Source: a virus
Reading direction: 5' to 3' (one strand)
IMG/VR virus record: IMGVR_UViG_3300025598_000020
Length of the DNA: 64,000 nt
This document shows, piece by piece, positions 48,505-57,964 of this stretch. The translations under genes were made by a program, and so were the position numbers. Position 1 is the first letter of the stretch, and the number at the start of each line of letters is the position of its first letter. The notes beneath the pieces are model-generated. The model was not told where the DNA came from. It saw only the letters and a program-made list of their open reading frames with translations, and made no database searches.

Positions 48505-49057
48505 CTGTGCTCCATGGTACATAATTAAACCAACCGGTCACAATATATTTAGTTTTGGTATTAGAAACTATACCTCTATGAGTGTGTGTCCAATCAGCTG
48601 GCCAAATTAAAGTTAAACCTTTTTTTGCTTCAGTTTTCAGACCTTGATGATAAAATTCGGTACCACCATCTTCAACATCATTGAGATACGTCATAAAAAC
48701 CAAATGTCTTGATGAGAGTGGTGCATGTGGGTTCGACCTTTCGCAATGCCATGCATAAAAACCTTCACCCTCAAGGTATCTTTGTATATTTATATTTTGT
48801 ATAATACGCCAAGGATTATTGGCATTACAAAAAGGAAATTCTTCAATATATTTGTTGACTATTTTTTGCAATTCATCATTATATTTTTTCATTAAAGGAC
48901 CCTGAAGCATACAATCTGTTGATTTTTTGTATTCATCATTTACTCCCATGCCAACAGAACCTGGACTTTTTAATGGGTTATTCTCAAAAAAATCAATTAT
49001 GTCATCACATAAAGATATGTCTTTAATATAATCTTGAAAGATAAAGTTATTTTTCAT
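48491..49057 (-). CDS. 2OG-Fe(II) oxygenase
   Basis: IQRY..GEG...WHCE, MTYLNDV..GGTEF, IWPA.WTH.HRG, KYI.TGW. Confidence 0.9.
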   Translation of the reverse strand: MKNNFIFQDYIKDISLCDDIIDFFENNPLKSPGSVGMGVNDEYKKSTDCMLQGPLMKKYNDELQKIVNKYIEEFPFCNANNPWRIIQNINIQRYLEGEGFYAWHCERSNPHAPLSSRHLVFMTYLNDVEDGGTEFYHQGLKTEAKKGLTLIWPADWTHTHRGIVSNTKTKYIVTGWFNYVPWSTDATI

Positions 49058-49607
49058 AAAACCATTCTGGCACATTACGAGAGTTAATCTTACCTGACCA
49101 TTTAGCCAGATGTTGTTTATTATTTATGTAATAGTTATGATACGACTTGATAGAACTACCGGCAATTTTAACATGTTCAGGCATTGCAGGCGTAGGTTCT
49201 GTGAATTCTACATGTGCAGGAATGTTCATTGGTGGGTACATTAGTTCATCAACAAGACCAGTTTCTTGGCACTTGTGGACTTTACCATAACGATAGGTGT
49301 ATTCGGTGCAGAGTGCATCTAGCAATTTCCACAGCCAAACATAGTTTTGGTAAGATTTGCGTACCCAAATGGCAGAAGGATGGTTAATGTGTGTTGCCTT
49401 GTAAAGTTTGCCTTCACGGTCATCAGGAAGAACCCACCGGCGCATCATACGACCGGTAGCAGACTTGCCTGTAGATTCTGTGCCATCAATCACCCGGTGC
49501 GCTGTGGACAAGAGTTGGCTATATTCCAAGACCATTTTAATCAGGTGCTTATCGCAATGGAATCTTGCACATTCTTCTACATCGTGCGATAGATAAAAGA
49601 TATTCAT
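49047..49607 (-). CDS. Pyrimidine-dimer DNA glycosylase-like protein
   Basis: MNIFYL, H.DKH..KM.LE..QLLSTAH, YK.TH.NHPS..W, EY..RYGK.H, AMP. Confidence 0.75.
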   Translation of the reverse strand: MNIFYLSHDVEECARFHCDKHLIKMVLEYSQLLSTAHRVIDGTESTGKSATGRMMRRWVLPDDREGKLYKATHINHPSAIWVRKSYQNYVWLWKLLDALCTEYTYRYGKVHKCQETGLVDELMYPPMNIPAHVEFTEPTPAMPEHVKIAGSSIKSYHNYYINNKQHLAKWSGKINSRNVPEWFYEK

Positions 49608-49834
49608 TTTTCAACTCCAAAATGTTTTTCAATTCTTCGTTTAACGGCATGAGCAGTATGAATTGGTTCGACAGGATTATGATTGCTCTTTCCAACCCAT
49701 ACGGCACAATCAATACATTCTTTCACAATCAACTCGGCGAACTTTTTGTATTCAAAGTCATCATAATGAACCCAGTTCATCATTTCAAACCTTGCGCCAG
49801 CCTGTATCATAAGTTCATCAATTCGTTCGTTCAT
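49604..49834 (-). CDS. MNERI-family mini-protein
   Basis: MNERIDEL..QAG / KFAELIVKEC / KHFGVEK. Confidence 0.75.
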   Translation of the reverse strand: MNERIDELMIQAGARFEMMNWVHYDDFEYKKFAELIVKECIDCAVWVGKSNHNPVEPIHTAHAVKRRIEKHFGVEK

Positions 49835-50115
49835 AGTTTCACCTTAACTCGTTCAACATCAGTCCAACTTTTCAATATAGTAGCAGTACCATATTGGTTG
49901 TGTTCATATACTTGAACCTGTAGTCCAACTTTCACAACATTTTCTGGAATGTCTGAATAATATTCAGCCACACGGAACTCATATGATACTGGTCTTGGTA
50001 TTGAAAGACTATATGTCGGAAGGTTAAAAGTTATTTGGTTAGAAATGCCAGTTGGATATGATGGTGCTGGCGTACTTGAGGTAATACTAGCGTATTCTGT
50101 ATTCAATGTAATCAT
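49831..50115 (-). CDS. Hypothetical protein
   Basis: ORF with ATGA coupling. Confidence 0.55.
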   Translation of the reverse strand: MITLNTEYASITSSTPAPSYPTGISNQITFNLPTYSLSIPRPVSYEFRVAEYYSDIPENVVKVGLQVQVYEHNQYGTATILKSWTDVERVKVKL

Positions 50116-50118
50116 AAT

Positions 50119-50394
50119 TTATTCATAAAAAATGTTAGACCATTGCTTGAGTTTAGCAATTTTGTTGTCTGCTGCAATACTTACTTGTTCACTTCCTACC
50201 AGATTAAACTGAATGCATAGGTCAATCATTGCTTGCAGGTCACCTAGTTCTTCTGCTAGATGCTCTCGATTGGTCTTAGGTTTACCAGGTTTAAAGTTGT
50301 CTATACCAAATCGGTTAATCTTACTGATAGCAACAATTACCTCTGCACATTCTTCTTGCGTAATGTCGAGGATTTCTTTCTCTTTTGAATTCAT
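50119..50394 (-). CDS. MazG-like nucleotide pyrophosphohydrolase
   Basis: QEECAEV..AISK..RFG...L.EELGDL. Confidence 0.75.
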   Translation of the reverse strand: MNSKEKEILDITQEECAEVIVAISKINRFGIDNFKPGKPKTNREHLAEELGDLQAMIDLCIQFNLVGSEQVSIAADNKIAKLKQWSNIFYE

Positions 50395-50397
50395 ATA

Positions 50398-50547
50398 TCA
50401 CCAGTGTCGGATTACTCCGGCTATAATAAAAAGGTTTGTAGTGATATAGGATAACACAATTACAGTACGAATGCAAGCAATTTTATTGGATTCATCATCA
50501 GATTTGCCACTTTTTTCGCCTAGTGCCGATGCCCACAGTCTCCACAT
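50398..50547 (-). CDS. Small conserved membrane protein (49 aa)
   Basis: MWRLWASALGEKSG..D...A.IRT....Y..TN.FI.AGVIRHW. Confidence 0.65.
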   Translation of the reverse strand: MWRLWASALGEKSGKSDDESNKIACIRTVIVLSYITTNLFIIAGVIRHW

Positions 50548-50548
50548 A

Positions 50549-50836
50549 TCAACTCAACAGGTAACGGATTAATCCAAAGGCGTCAATAGTGACAAGGAAT
50601 GCATAGTTGACCATTAGTCCAAATGAACCACGAGTCCATGCACAATAGAACGTAGAACAACATCCAGCAATAAAGATGGAATACAATGGAACAACTGGAA
50701 TATTGGGTACCGTAGCGGCAAAGATGATTGAGGTGATGATACTACAGGTCCAAGAAAAGACTTCTAAGAAGAATCTAACCTTGTTTGACCTGTAGTCCTC
50801 GATGATGTAATTTTGTGTATCTTTCAAAAACTTCAT
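50549..50836 (-). CDS. Small membrane protein (3 TM)
   Basis: Hydrophobic helices. Confidence 0.65.
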   Translation of the reverse strand: MKFLKDTQNYIIEDYRSNKVRFFLEVFSWTCSIITSIIFAATVPNIPVVPLYSIFIAGCCSTFYCAWTRGSFGLMVNYAFLVTIDAFGLIRYLLS

Positions 50837-50851
50837 AATATACTTTAGATT

Positions 50852-52315
50852 TTAATACCAGACTCTGAAATTTTCGAGTGCGTTTGGATGTTTCTTGTTG
50901 AATGGTCTGTGGAAGATTTTGTTCTTATCTTCTTCTGGTCTCCAATCGGTTTCAACGAATGGAACTGCACCAAGATATGGCATTGCATGTTCTAACACAA
51001 ATTCATGTGGAATCTTTTCAGGTTCAACATAACCCATACGTGGATTTTGAATGGCCCACATCATTTCACCAAGAATAGATGCAACAACCTGTAGAGAGGT
51101 TGCATTCTCACCAGGAATCAACTTACGTGCTTCTTTGATGTCTAACTGTGAACCATGCCAGTAAGATTTACCTTTGTTTGTAATCAAAAGTACACCAAGT
51201 TCATCCATACCAGAGATGATTTCATCCTTAATGATACGTGTTTTTGATTGCATGTCAAGCTCTTTACCACGCATTTCATGTACGGATGCAATGGCTGCAT
51301 CAGTTGGTTGATATGCATAGTATACTGTTGGACGGTATTTACCATCGGCAGTCTCTAGGAACTTAGACAATGTAACAGCTTCTGAGTGTTGTACCAAGAA
51401 ACCATTGAAAGGTCCGCCATTTGGAACCCATGATTTGACCAATACAGTCAGACCAGGTTGGTGCAAGAAGGCGGTATGTCCTTGAACTGTGCCATTTTCT
51501 GGTTCTGTTGGTTCATGTGTACCATAACCCATTTCGGATGGTGCACGACCTTCTGCCCAAAAGCCTTCACATGACCATGAGTTGGTGAATTCATCTTTTA
51601 GTTTAGGACTAGAAATGATTTGTGTATCACGTTCAGCAATTTGAATGACTTCAACACCTAATTTCTTGGCCAATTGTGCCCAACCTTCTTTATCTTTAGG
51701 TTGTTCTACTTTACGACCTGCCTTCTCAGCAATCTTCAATAGTGCAGATTTGGCCAAGTATGTAACTAGACCTGGATTTGCACCACCTGTTGCAACAACT
51801 GTGGCAGCACCTGGATACTTAGATGCAACTTCACGGATGTGATTGTGTGTATGGAATAGAGTTCTATCTTTCAACTCAGGGATTTTCTCGTCCTGATGGT
51901 CACCCCAACGTTCCAATGATGTATTAACATACATGACATTGTGTTGTAGACACCATTCAATAATGGCATCAGCAGCAATGTTCAATGATACGTCAATAAT
52001 GAAACCACCTTCTTCGGTGTATTGTTTCAATGTAGCGTCAAGGTTATTGCGTAGAATTTCTTTTTTAACATACTTAACACCATTGTTGGCGTTACGTTTA
52101 CGGAACAGTTTACCATGATTGTCTTTTTCAAGCACAGTAACTTTCTTTGGATCGTTTGTGATGTGCTTCAAAACCAATGGCAAAATGGCTTGACCGACTG
52201 ATCCATAACCAATGATTAGAATCTTTTTGTCAAAATTTGCGTGGTTTTTGTCTTTTTTTGGTTTTGCTGCTTCGTTTAATGTCTCAGCAAAACTAGTGAA
52301 ACTCTTTAATGCCAT
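50852..52315 (-). CDS. hss: Homospermidine synthase
   Basis: Rossmann IIGYGSVGQ, GANPGLV, I.IAERDTQ, F.NSWS.EGF..EG, H.EA, YRPTV.YAY.P, G.DELGVL, NAT.LQV. Confidence 0.9.
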   Translation of the reverse strand: MALKSFTSFAETLNEAAKPKKDKNHANFDKKILIIGYGSVGQAILPLVLKHITNDPKKVTVLEKDNHGKLFRKRNANNGVKYVKKEILRNNLDATLKQYTEEGGFIIDVSLNIAADAIIEWCLQHNVMYVNTSLERWGDHQDEKIPELKDRTLFHTHNHIREVASKYPGAATVVATGGANPGLVTYLAKSALLKIAEKAGRKVEQPKDKEGWAQLAKKLGVEVIQIAERDTQIISSPKLKDEFTNSWSCEGFWAEGRAPSEMGYGTHEPTEPENGTVQGHTAFLHQPGLTVLVKSWVPNGGPFNGFLVQHSEAVTLSKFLETADGKYRPTVYYAYQPTDAAIASVHEMRGKELDMQSKTRIIKDEIISGMDELGVLLITNKGKSYWHGSQLDIKEARKLIPGENATSLQVVASILGEMMWAIQNPRMGYVEPEKIPHEFVLEHAMPYLGAVPFVETDWRPEEDKNKIFHRPFNKKHPNALENFRVWY

Positions 52316-52320
52316 TGTAA

Positions 52321-52353
52321 ACTCCGGATAATTGTCATTACCCGGTATTTATC
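52321..52353 (-). promoter_or_regulatory. Late promoter with RBS-sequestering hairpin for hss
   Basis: GATAAATA-CCGGGTAAT-gaca-ATTATCCGG-AG...ATG; the hairpin 3' arm overlaps GGAG. Confidence 0.65.
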
Positions 52354-52355
52354 GT

Positions 52356-52757
52356 TTAACCCAAGTCAGCAGTAGTCATCATGCCACTTTTTGGTGGACG
52401 GCCACGACCACGAGGTTGTTCTGCTTGTGGTGGATTTGCATGAGAGTTTGGTGTTACTTCAGCGTCAGAGATAAACCTTGGATAGGGTTCTTTTTCAACC
52501 TTTGGTAGGTTTTTGATACGTGCCGCAATATCTTCTTCTGATACAGTTTGCAATACGAATTGTTGGAACATTGCGTAAGAATCTTTGACTTTCATTGCAG
52601 TCTTACCACCAACAGCGGCAGAGTCAGCAAAGAATAAGTGACAACCACCGCTACGGAGTGGTGCAATTTCAATAACTGATTCGAGGTTGACAATAACCTT
52701 ACAGTTCTTTTCTTCAGATTCAACTTCAATAAACAAGCTCATAGTATTTCCTTTCAA
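52356..52757 (-). CDS. Hypothetical protein with AT-hook-like RGRGRPPK
   Basis: ORF track; true start may be MSLFIE. Confidence 0.65.
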   Translation of the reverse strand: MKGNTMSLFIEVESEEKNCKVIVNLESVIEIAPLRSGGCHLFFADSAAVGGKTAMKVKDSYAMFQQFVLQTVSEEDIAARIKNLPKVEKEPYPRFISDAEVTPNSHANPPQAEQPRGRGRPPKSGMMTTADLG

Positions 52758-52771
52758 TATGGGACTGATAT

Positions 52772-52945
52772 TTAGTCGTTGCCGCCTTTGGCACCAATCA
52801 ATACACGTTCAACTGTTGACGCATGAATCTCTGCGTTAATCATACGGTTCTTGAATCGTGAACGTTCTTCGGTGGTTTCAAACTTCATCAAGGCCAACAT
52901 GGTCTTGAGTTGCTTGGACATTTTGTAGGTTGCTGTGCGTTTCAT
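52772..52945 (-). CDS. Small hypothetical protein (57 aa)
   Basis: MKRTATYKMSKQLKTMLAL...; GAGGA RBS. Confidence 0.55.
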   Translation of the reverse strand: MKRTATYKMSKQLKTMLALMKFETTEERSRFKNRMINAEIHASTVERVLIGAKGGND

Positions 52946-52957
52946 AAGTTCCTCAGG

Positions 52958-53203
52958 TTAATATTTGATAAAAAAGATGTAGTATGTTGATAATGCAATC
53001 ATCAAGAATGCAAGAAACATGCCGGTTTGAAATAGAAGGTCTCGCATTTCTTCCTTGTAATACTTCATTTCAAGTTCAACCATATCTCGTTGTGCAAGAA
53101 TCATTGGTTGACATTCAGATTCACCACCGAGCATCATGATAGTCTTTTCATGTTCGGCCAATCGTTCTTTAGCAGACCAATAGTGAAAGATAGATAACAT
53201 CAT
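52958..53203 (-). CDS. Small protein with C-terminal TM helix
   Basis: ORF track. Confidence 0.55.
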   Translation of the reverse strand: MMLSIFHYWSAKERLAEHEKTIMMLGGESECQPMILAQRDMVELEMKYYKEEMRDLLFQTGMFLAFLMIALSTYYIFFIKY

Positions 53204-53943
53204 TCACCCCCAAATCCAAATGGACATTTCTTTTTTTCCTTTTCTTTGTAAAGAGTTTTATATGTATAATATTTTCTACAAAAAGAAATAGATGCACTTT
53301 TTTTGTCAAACCTAGTCCATTCACTGTCTGTTAACAAATGATTTTTTAATACAACTTCTCTTTCAGAGAGTGGAACAAGATTAACCATCGGTTGTCCGAC
53401 TGGAATAAAAATTTCATTTGAACAACGTTCTATTAACATATTCACATTAGTACTATTCTGATAGAAATATTCAACAGTTCCGGGTACTATATCATAATTT
53501 ACATCATTCAAATTGTAATAGTGTGGAACAAACATAAAATAAACATTTTTTTCTGAACGAATGCGCCAAGGAGAAATAAACTTAAGATGCATGTAATTAT
53601 CTTTAAAACCAGCTCTTTGGTTTACAGGATGTTCCGTTGCAGAAGAAAATCCATCTGAATAAATCCATCTATAACTTCCATCTGTTTCTTGTTTAAAAAC
53701 AAAATCTGACCACATTGGCAAAGTTATGCCATTTTTGTGAAAATCAATAATTGCTGTACAAGATTTAGCATTAGTATCTAGACTGAATGTATTGGAATTA
53801 AATTCTTTTCTTTCTAAATTTTTCCACCATTGTGGATAATATTTTTTGGAGTAATCTAAAGGAACAGTATCATATGCTGCTGAATATCTTTCATGAATAA
53901 ATCCATCAACATGAAGCTTAGGTTTTTTAAAGAAGAATAACAT
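53200..53943 (-). CDS. Conserved phage hypothetical protein (ends KCPFG)
   Basis: P.WWK.L, K.C.AI, LKFISPW, I.PG motifs; GGAG RBS. Confidence 0.65.
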   Translation of the reverse strand: MLFFFKKPKLHVDGFIHERYSAAYDTVPLDYSKKYYPQWWKNLERKEFNSNTFSLDTNAKSCTAIIDFHKNGITLPMWSDFVFKQETDGSYRWIYSDGFSSATEHPVNQRAGFKDNYMHLKFISPWRIRSEKNVYFMFVPHYYNLNDVNYDIVPGTVEYFYQNSTNVNMLIERCSNEIFIPVGQPMVNLVPLSEREVVLKNHLLTDSEWTRFDKKSASISFCRKYYTYKTLYKEKEKKKCPFGFGGE

Positions 53944-54082
53944 TGTTTATACTCCGTAATCAGGATTGGTACCCTCACCTGATTCCAATCCATCAATAAT
54001 TTCTTGCGCTTTTTCAATAATCCAAGCACTATTGTATGGTTGGTCTACACTATCAAGGTAGTCTTCAATAACGGCCAATAAA

Positions 54083-54532
54083 TCAAACAGTTGCATCATC
54101 ACCCCAATATTTCTTTTCAAGTTTTTCTAAAATTTGCCAGGCCTTGTATGCAGTCATTTCACCTTTACCAGTTTCAGGAAATATAATTTCCCAGTCTTGG
54201 TTTTCAACATCATGCCATGCATACAGGTGATATTCATCTTTTGGTCGGTGAATTAGGCACCAAGGTGTTAAATCGTGTTCTGGAAATGGTTTAGTTGCTG
54301 AAGTCTTATGTATAAACATGGCAAAAGACCTCATATTTTTGTTACCACGTTCAATATATTCTTCTTCAGTTTCTAGGTCACCAAAGCCATCAAAGATGAT
54401 TTTAATTTCCATCATATCGGAAATGTCTTTACCAATTTCCAAAGAATCTGGATCATCTTCATGGTACCACATACTGAGCAATTGGTTTTTTACCAACTGT
54501 TCAAATCGTTCATAATCACATTGTTTGGACAT
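54083..54532 (-). CDS. Hypothetical protein
   Basis: ORF track, coupled to neighbours. Confidence 0.6.
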   Translation of the reverse strand: MSKQCDYERFEQLVKNQLLSMWYHEDDPDSLEIGKDISDMMEIKIIFDGFGDLETEEEYIERGNKNMRSFAMFIHKTSATKPFPEHDLTPWCLIHRPKDEYHLYAWHDVENQDWEIIFPETGKGEMTAYKAWQILEKLEKKYWGDDATV

Positions 54533-55035
54533 TATAGAAACCCTTGTTCGTTTTGTGGTGGTGATTTTGGTTCCGCATCCGATTGACGATACTCATAGAT
54601 TGGTTTATCAGGTGCGGTGTAAGGGAAAGTTACAGTAACTCTTGAATCTCGGCTAGTATAGTAAGACTTGAATGGATTACCATCTTCATCTTTGTACCAT
54701 TCCCAAAAGACCTTGCCGTCAATGTTGTATGCTTCACCGTCTTTACCTTCTTTGAATACGGAAGAACAACGCTTGTTTTGATATGTGGTTGTTCCACTAT
54801 ATTCACTAACATCACACCATTCATCATCTTCACCGGTCAACGGTGTCAATGGTTTGAATGACAACAGTTTGCTTAGAATATCAATTGCATATTGAGCAGA
54901 GAAACCAGAATGTCCTTCATCAGCAAACTCTTTAATCATATGCAGGATGTGCTTACGCATCATTCCATTGTATTCATCTTCTTCAGTTAGACCAATATGG
55001 TCCAATTCACTTTCAGCATAAGATAATAAACTCAA
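54532..55035 (-). CDS. Conserved phage hypothetical protein
   Basis: F..EGHSGFSA, PLTPLTGEDDEW, QN.RCS.VFK. Confidence 0.7.
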   Translation of the reverse strand: MSLLSYAESELDHIGLTEEDEYNGMMRKHILHMIKEFADEGHSGFSAQYAIDILSKLLSFKPLTPLTGEDDEWCDVSEYSGTTTYQNKRCSSVFKEGKDGEAYNIDGKVFWEWYKDEDGNPFKSYYTSRDSRVTVTFPYTAPDKPIYEYRQSDAEPKSPPQNEQGFL

Positions 55036-55388
55036 TTGTATTCTCCGTTTTCATTTTTTAAAGCCGGTTTACGGCGCAACATGCTACCAATCTTGAACAA
55101 CCATGTCCAATGCCACATATGGTGAAATCCAATGAACACCCGCAGATATGGAACCATTAGACCAATTGATATACTGTCTGGTGCAATGTTAGCCTCAATA
55201 TTAAATGCAAAATGTTCCAGTGTCCAAATATGGAATATCAACCAATGCAACGACCAACCATTAGCATTATACTCATCGCCTTTCTGGTAATCAAAGCGTG
55301 GCACCAATGGACATGCATCATTGCACCATAGTTTGTGTAATGGGTAATTCTCCCACCAATACTTTTCTCGGTATGCAACTTTACTCAT
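55032..55388 (-). CDS. Hypothetical Trp-rich protein
   Basis: ORF track, coupled to neighbours. Confidence 0.55.
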   Translation of the reverse strand: MSKVAYREKYWWENYPLHKLWCNDACPLVPRFDYQKGDEYNANGWSLHWLIFHIWTLEHFAFNIEANIAPDSISIGLMVPYLRVFIGFHHMWHWTWLFKIGSMLRRKPALKNENGEYN

Positions 55389-55608
55389 TTCTTGCCTTCC
55401 ACATTACGATTGCTTTATCCAGTTGGTCAATTTGTTCTAAACGAATTTGATCCATAATATTGAATAGGTCGTTATTCATGTTGGATTCAGTCATCTTCCA
55501 GAGAATTGCTCGTTGATTCTGTAACGTATTCAGCACCATATCGTAATCTTCTTCACTCATCATATAATCCTGATTGTTCAAATCTTTGTTCTTGAATTGT
55601 TTTCTCAC
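55381..55608 (-). CDS. Hypothetical protein (start probably at an internal Met)
   Basis: ORF track. Confidence 0.5.
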   Translation of the reverse strand: MRKQFKNKDLNNQDYMMSEEDYDMVLNTLQNQRAILWKMTESNMNNDLFNIMDQIRLEQIDQLDKAIVMWKARNE

Positions 55609-55819
55609 CCATAGACTTACGAGGATTCATGCACAAAACACATTTTGGATCACCACAATTTGCAACATGGTGCTTGGCCAATCGGTGTGGTTCTCGAATA
55701 ACCTTGTCATTGAATTGGTGCCCTAGAACCTCTTTAGCAATCTTAACTTGTTTTTTGATTGCAGATTCTTCTTTATGGAGGCGTTTGCTGTGTTTGATTT
55801 TGTCTTGCTCGTTGCTCAT
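55553..55819 (-). CDS. Small Cys/His hypothetical protein
   Basis: KHH..NCG.P.C..C.NPR; GAGG RBS. Confidence 0.65.
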   Translation of the reverse strand: MSNEQDKIKHSKRLHKEESAIKKQVKIAKEVLGHQFNDKVIREPHRLAKHHVANCGDPKCVLCMNPRKSMGEKTIQEQRFEQSGLYDE

Positions 55820-55944
55820 TCAAGTACCTCTCATAGAAAAACAAATTTAAGTAATATTTGAACCGAATTGGTTCTTGTTCTGGATTAGGTAGTCTATCAC
55901 CAAACTCAGCAATTAGTTCTTGACCAAGTTGTTCTAAATCCATT

Positions 55945-56646
55945 TTAATCCCATAGTCCTCTAAAATAGAGGCCAAATAATCTCAAACCATTACGAATAC
56001 GGTCTTCAACCACTTTCATGCCATCATAATCACATTTGTATGTATGGTTTGGTCCATCAACCATTTGATACATAGTTGCTTTACCATTTTCATCCCATGC
56101 ACACGCAACCGTCTTTGTGTCAAATTCACCACTACGGTACGCATCTTGCCATGAATCATCAGCAAGGTGTTCAAATGCAAAAATCATTTCATCCATGACC
56201 CAATCCCAACGGTCGTGGATATTTTTATAATTCAAATCTTCATCACCTTCATGATAAAATTCAAAACAACTTTGAGCATCATATTCTTCGGTGTTGGTTG
56301 TTCTCATTGACTCTGGAACATCCTCCATATCCACAAACTGAGAACCGTGTTTAGTTGCCTTCAATTGTTTCAACATGGGTAGAATGATTGTTGTCAATGT
56401 GCTGTCCATGTTCCATGTGTCGTATTTGTCAATCTTCACATAATTGATTCTAGGATGCACAATGTCCAATAACTTCTGCCATGCTTCGCAAATTGGATTA
56501 AGAAAGTTCACCCATTTTGTATACTTGTTACCCTTTTCTTCAAGGTCATAGAATACGTCTGTATCTTTCTCCCAAAAACAAATAGTTTCCAGGATAGTGT
56601 ATGGACTTACCCAATGGTTGCGATAACCTGATATATAGACTTTCAT
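55945..56646 (-). CDS. Conserved phage hypothetical protein
   Basis: V.ID.YDTW.MD.TL..IILPMLKQL, RWDWV.DEMI.AF, GL.LFG.YF..LWD. Confidence 0.75.
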   Translation of the reverse strand: MKVYISGYRNHWVSPYTILETICFWEKDTDVFYDLEEKGNKYTKWVNFLNPICEAWQKLLDIVHPRINYVKIDKYDTWNMDSTLTTIILPMLKQLKATKHGSQFVDMEDVPESMRTTNTEEYDAQSCFEFYHEGDEDLNYKNIHDRWDWVMDEMIFAFEHLADDSWQDAYRSGEFDTKTVACAWDENGKATMYQMVDGPNHTYKCDYDGMKVVEDRIRNGLRLFGLYFRGLWD

Positions 56647-57077
56647 GTAATTTCTTTCAATTCAAAAATATAGTGGCCACCACGGCGTGATTGAACCCAA
56701 TTAAAATACCACATCCAATCATTCTTTTGCATTGCATGTATGATTGCTTCATTGCCAGACCAACCGGCAGTGGAGATGTGATAGCGATAACACATTTCAT
56801 CTTTCTTCCAGTCGTGTGGTTCTTCACCCTCATCCCAACCCCATGAACTCAGATACCAAAGTGATTTGATAAACTCAAACCAACCTTTTGAATCATTCCA
56901 ATACCAATTCTCAATAATAATCAGTGCATCATCGGTCGGATAACCATCTTCATCCAACATATCCTTATCGATATGTTCATCGTATAGTTTTTTCCAATTG
57001 GCAATGTCTTCTTCCATTTGAAGTTGAGCATTTTCCATGATTTCTTCACGAGATGGTTTGGCTTTTTCGATGGCCAT
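56643..57077 (-). CDS. Hypothetical protein (likely start MAIEK)
   Basis: D.DGYPT, HIST.GWSGNE, RGGHY motifs; GAGG RBS. Confidence 0.65.
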   Translation of the reverse strand: MAIEKAKPSREEIMENAQLQMEEDIANWKKLYDEHIDKDMLDEDGYPTDDALIIIENWYWNDSKGWFEFIKSLWYLSSWGWDEGEEPHDWKKDEMCYRYHISTAGWSGNEAIIHAMQKNDWMWYFNWVQSRRGGHYIFELKEIT

Positions 57078-57078
57078 A

Positions 57079-57912
57079 TCAAACCTCAATATACATGAGT
57101 TCAAAGTCATCTGCAACATCTTCATAGTTTGCATATTCTCTCGGCCGGCAAACAATACGAGTAGAACCAATCATATAATCGAACGTATCATGTGTATGGC
57201 CATGAGTCCATACTTTAATCATAGGACGATCCAATATAAAGTCAGACAAGTCGGAACTATATGCACCATTGACCATTACATCACCTTGATATTTTGGCTT
57301 AGTAGACATTTTAGATGGTGCATGATGTCCAACAACCACAAACTTTCCAGTGACATTATCTTTAGTAACTTCATCAATCACTTTCAACATGGCCTTGTGT
57401 TCTTCAACAGACTGTTCAGGACTAAACTTAGATGTGCGAGTGTGGAAGTTACCATCAGAATCACGGAAGTGAACAGGACGTGCAGAGTCTTCAATGATAC
57501 GATAATCATTCATGTAACCCTTGATACCATACAAAGTATTGGGGTCTTCTTTGTTCATATCAGTCCAAAGAGTACCTGCGATAAAGGTCACATCACCAAT
57601 GTGAATGAATTCTTTTTCCATCACATGAATGTTAGGCAGTTCAGCCAATGCTTCTTTTAATTGACCATATGATTTAGCAAAGTCACCATGATAATGCTCA
57701 TGGTTACCCATAATGTAAATCACATCTTTGAATTGTTCAGAGCAATGAGTAAAGAATTTCATCCAGATTTCACTGCGCTCAGTATCTTTATGCCACAAAT
57801 CTTTAGCAAGGCAGATATCACCGGACAGAACCAATACATCAGCACCTTCGGTGTTGTTCAATTCAATTGGTGCGAATTCCAGGTGTAGGTCCGAGCATAG
57901 TGCAAATTTCAT
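57079..57912 (-). CDS. Calcineurin-like metallophosphoesterase
   Basis: SDLHLE, L.GDI, GNHE.Y, HHAP, W.HGHTH. Confidence 0.9.
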   Translation of the reverse strand: MKFALCSDLHLEFAPIELNNTEGADVLVLSGDICLAKDLWHKDTERSEIWMKFFTHCSEQFKDVIYIMGNHEHYHGDFAKSYGQLKEALAELPNIHVMEKEFIHIGDVTFIAGTLWTDMNKEDPNTLYGIKGYMNDYRIIEDSARPVHFRDSDGNFHTRTSKFSPEQSVEEHKAMLKVIDEVTKDNVTGKFVVVGHHAPSKMSTKPKYQGDVMVNGAYSSDLSDFILDRPMIKVWTHGHTHDTFDYMIGSTRIVCRPREYANYEDVADDFELMYIEV

Positions 57913-57932
57913 TTTAATCTCCTAAGGTTACC

Positions 57933-57960
57933 ATTGTATCACAACTGGACAGGATGGCAA
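57933..57960 (-). promoter_or_regulatory. Sigma70-like promoter
   Basis: TTGCCA-16-TACAAT with TG extension. Confidence 0.5.
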
Positions 57961-57964
57961 CCAC

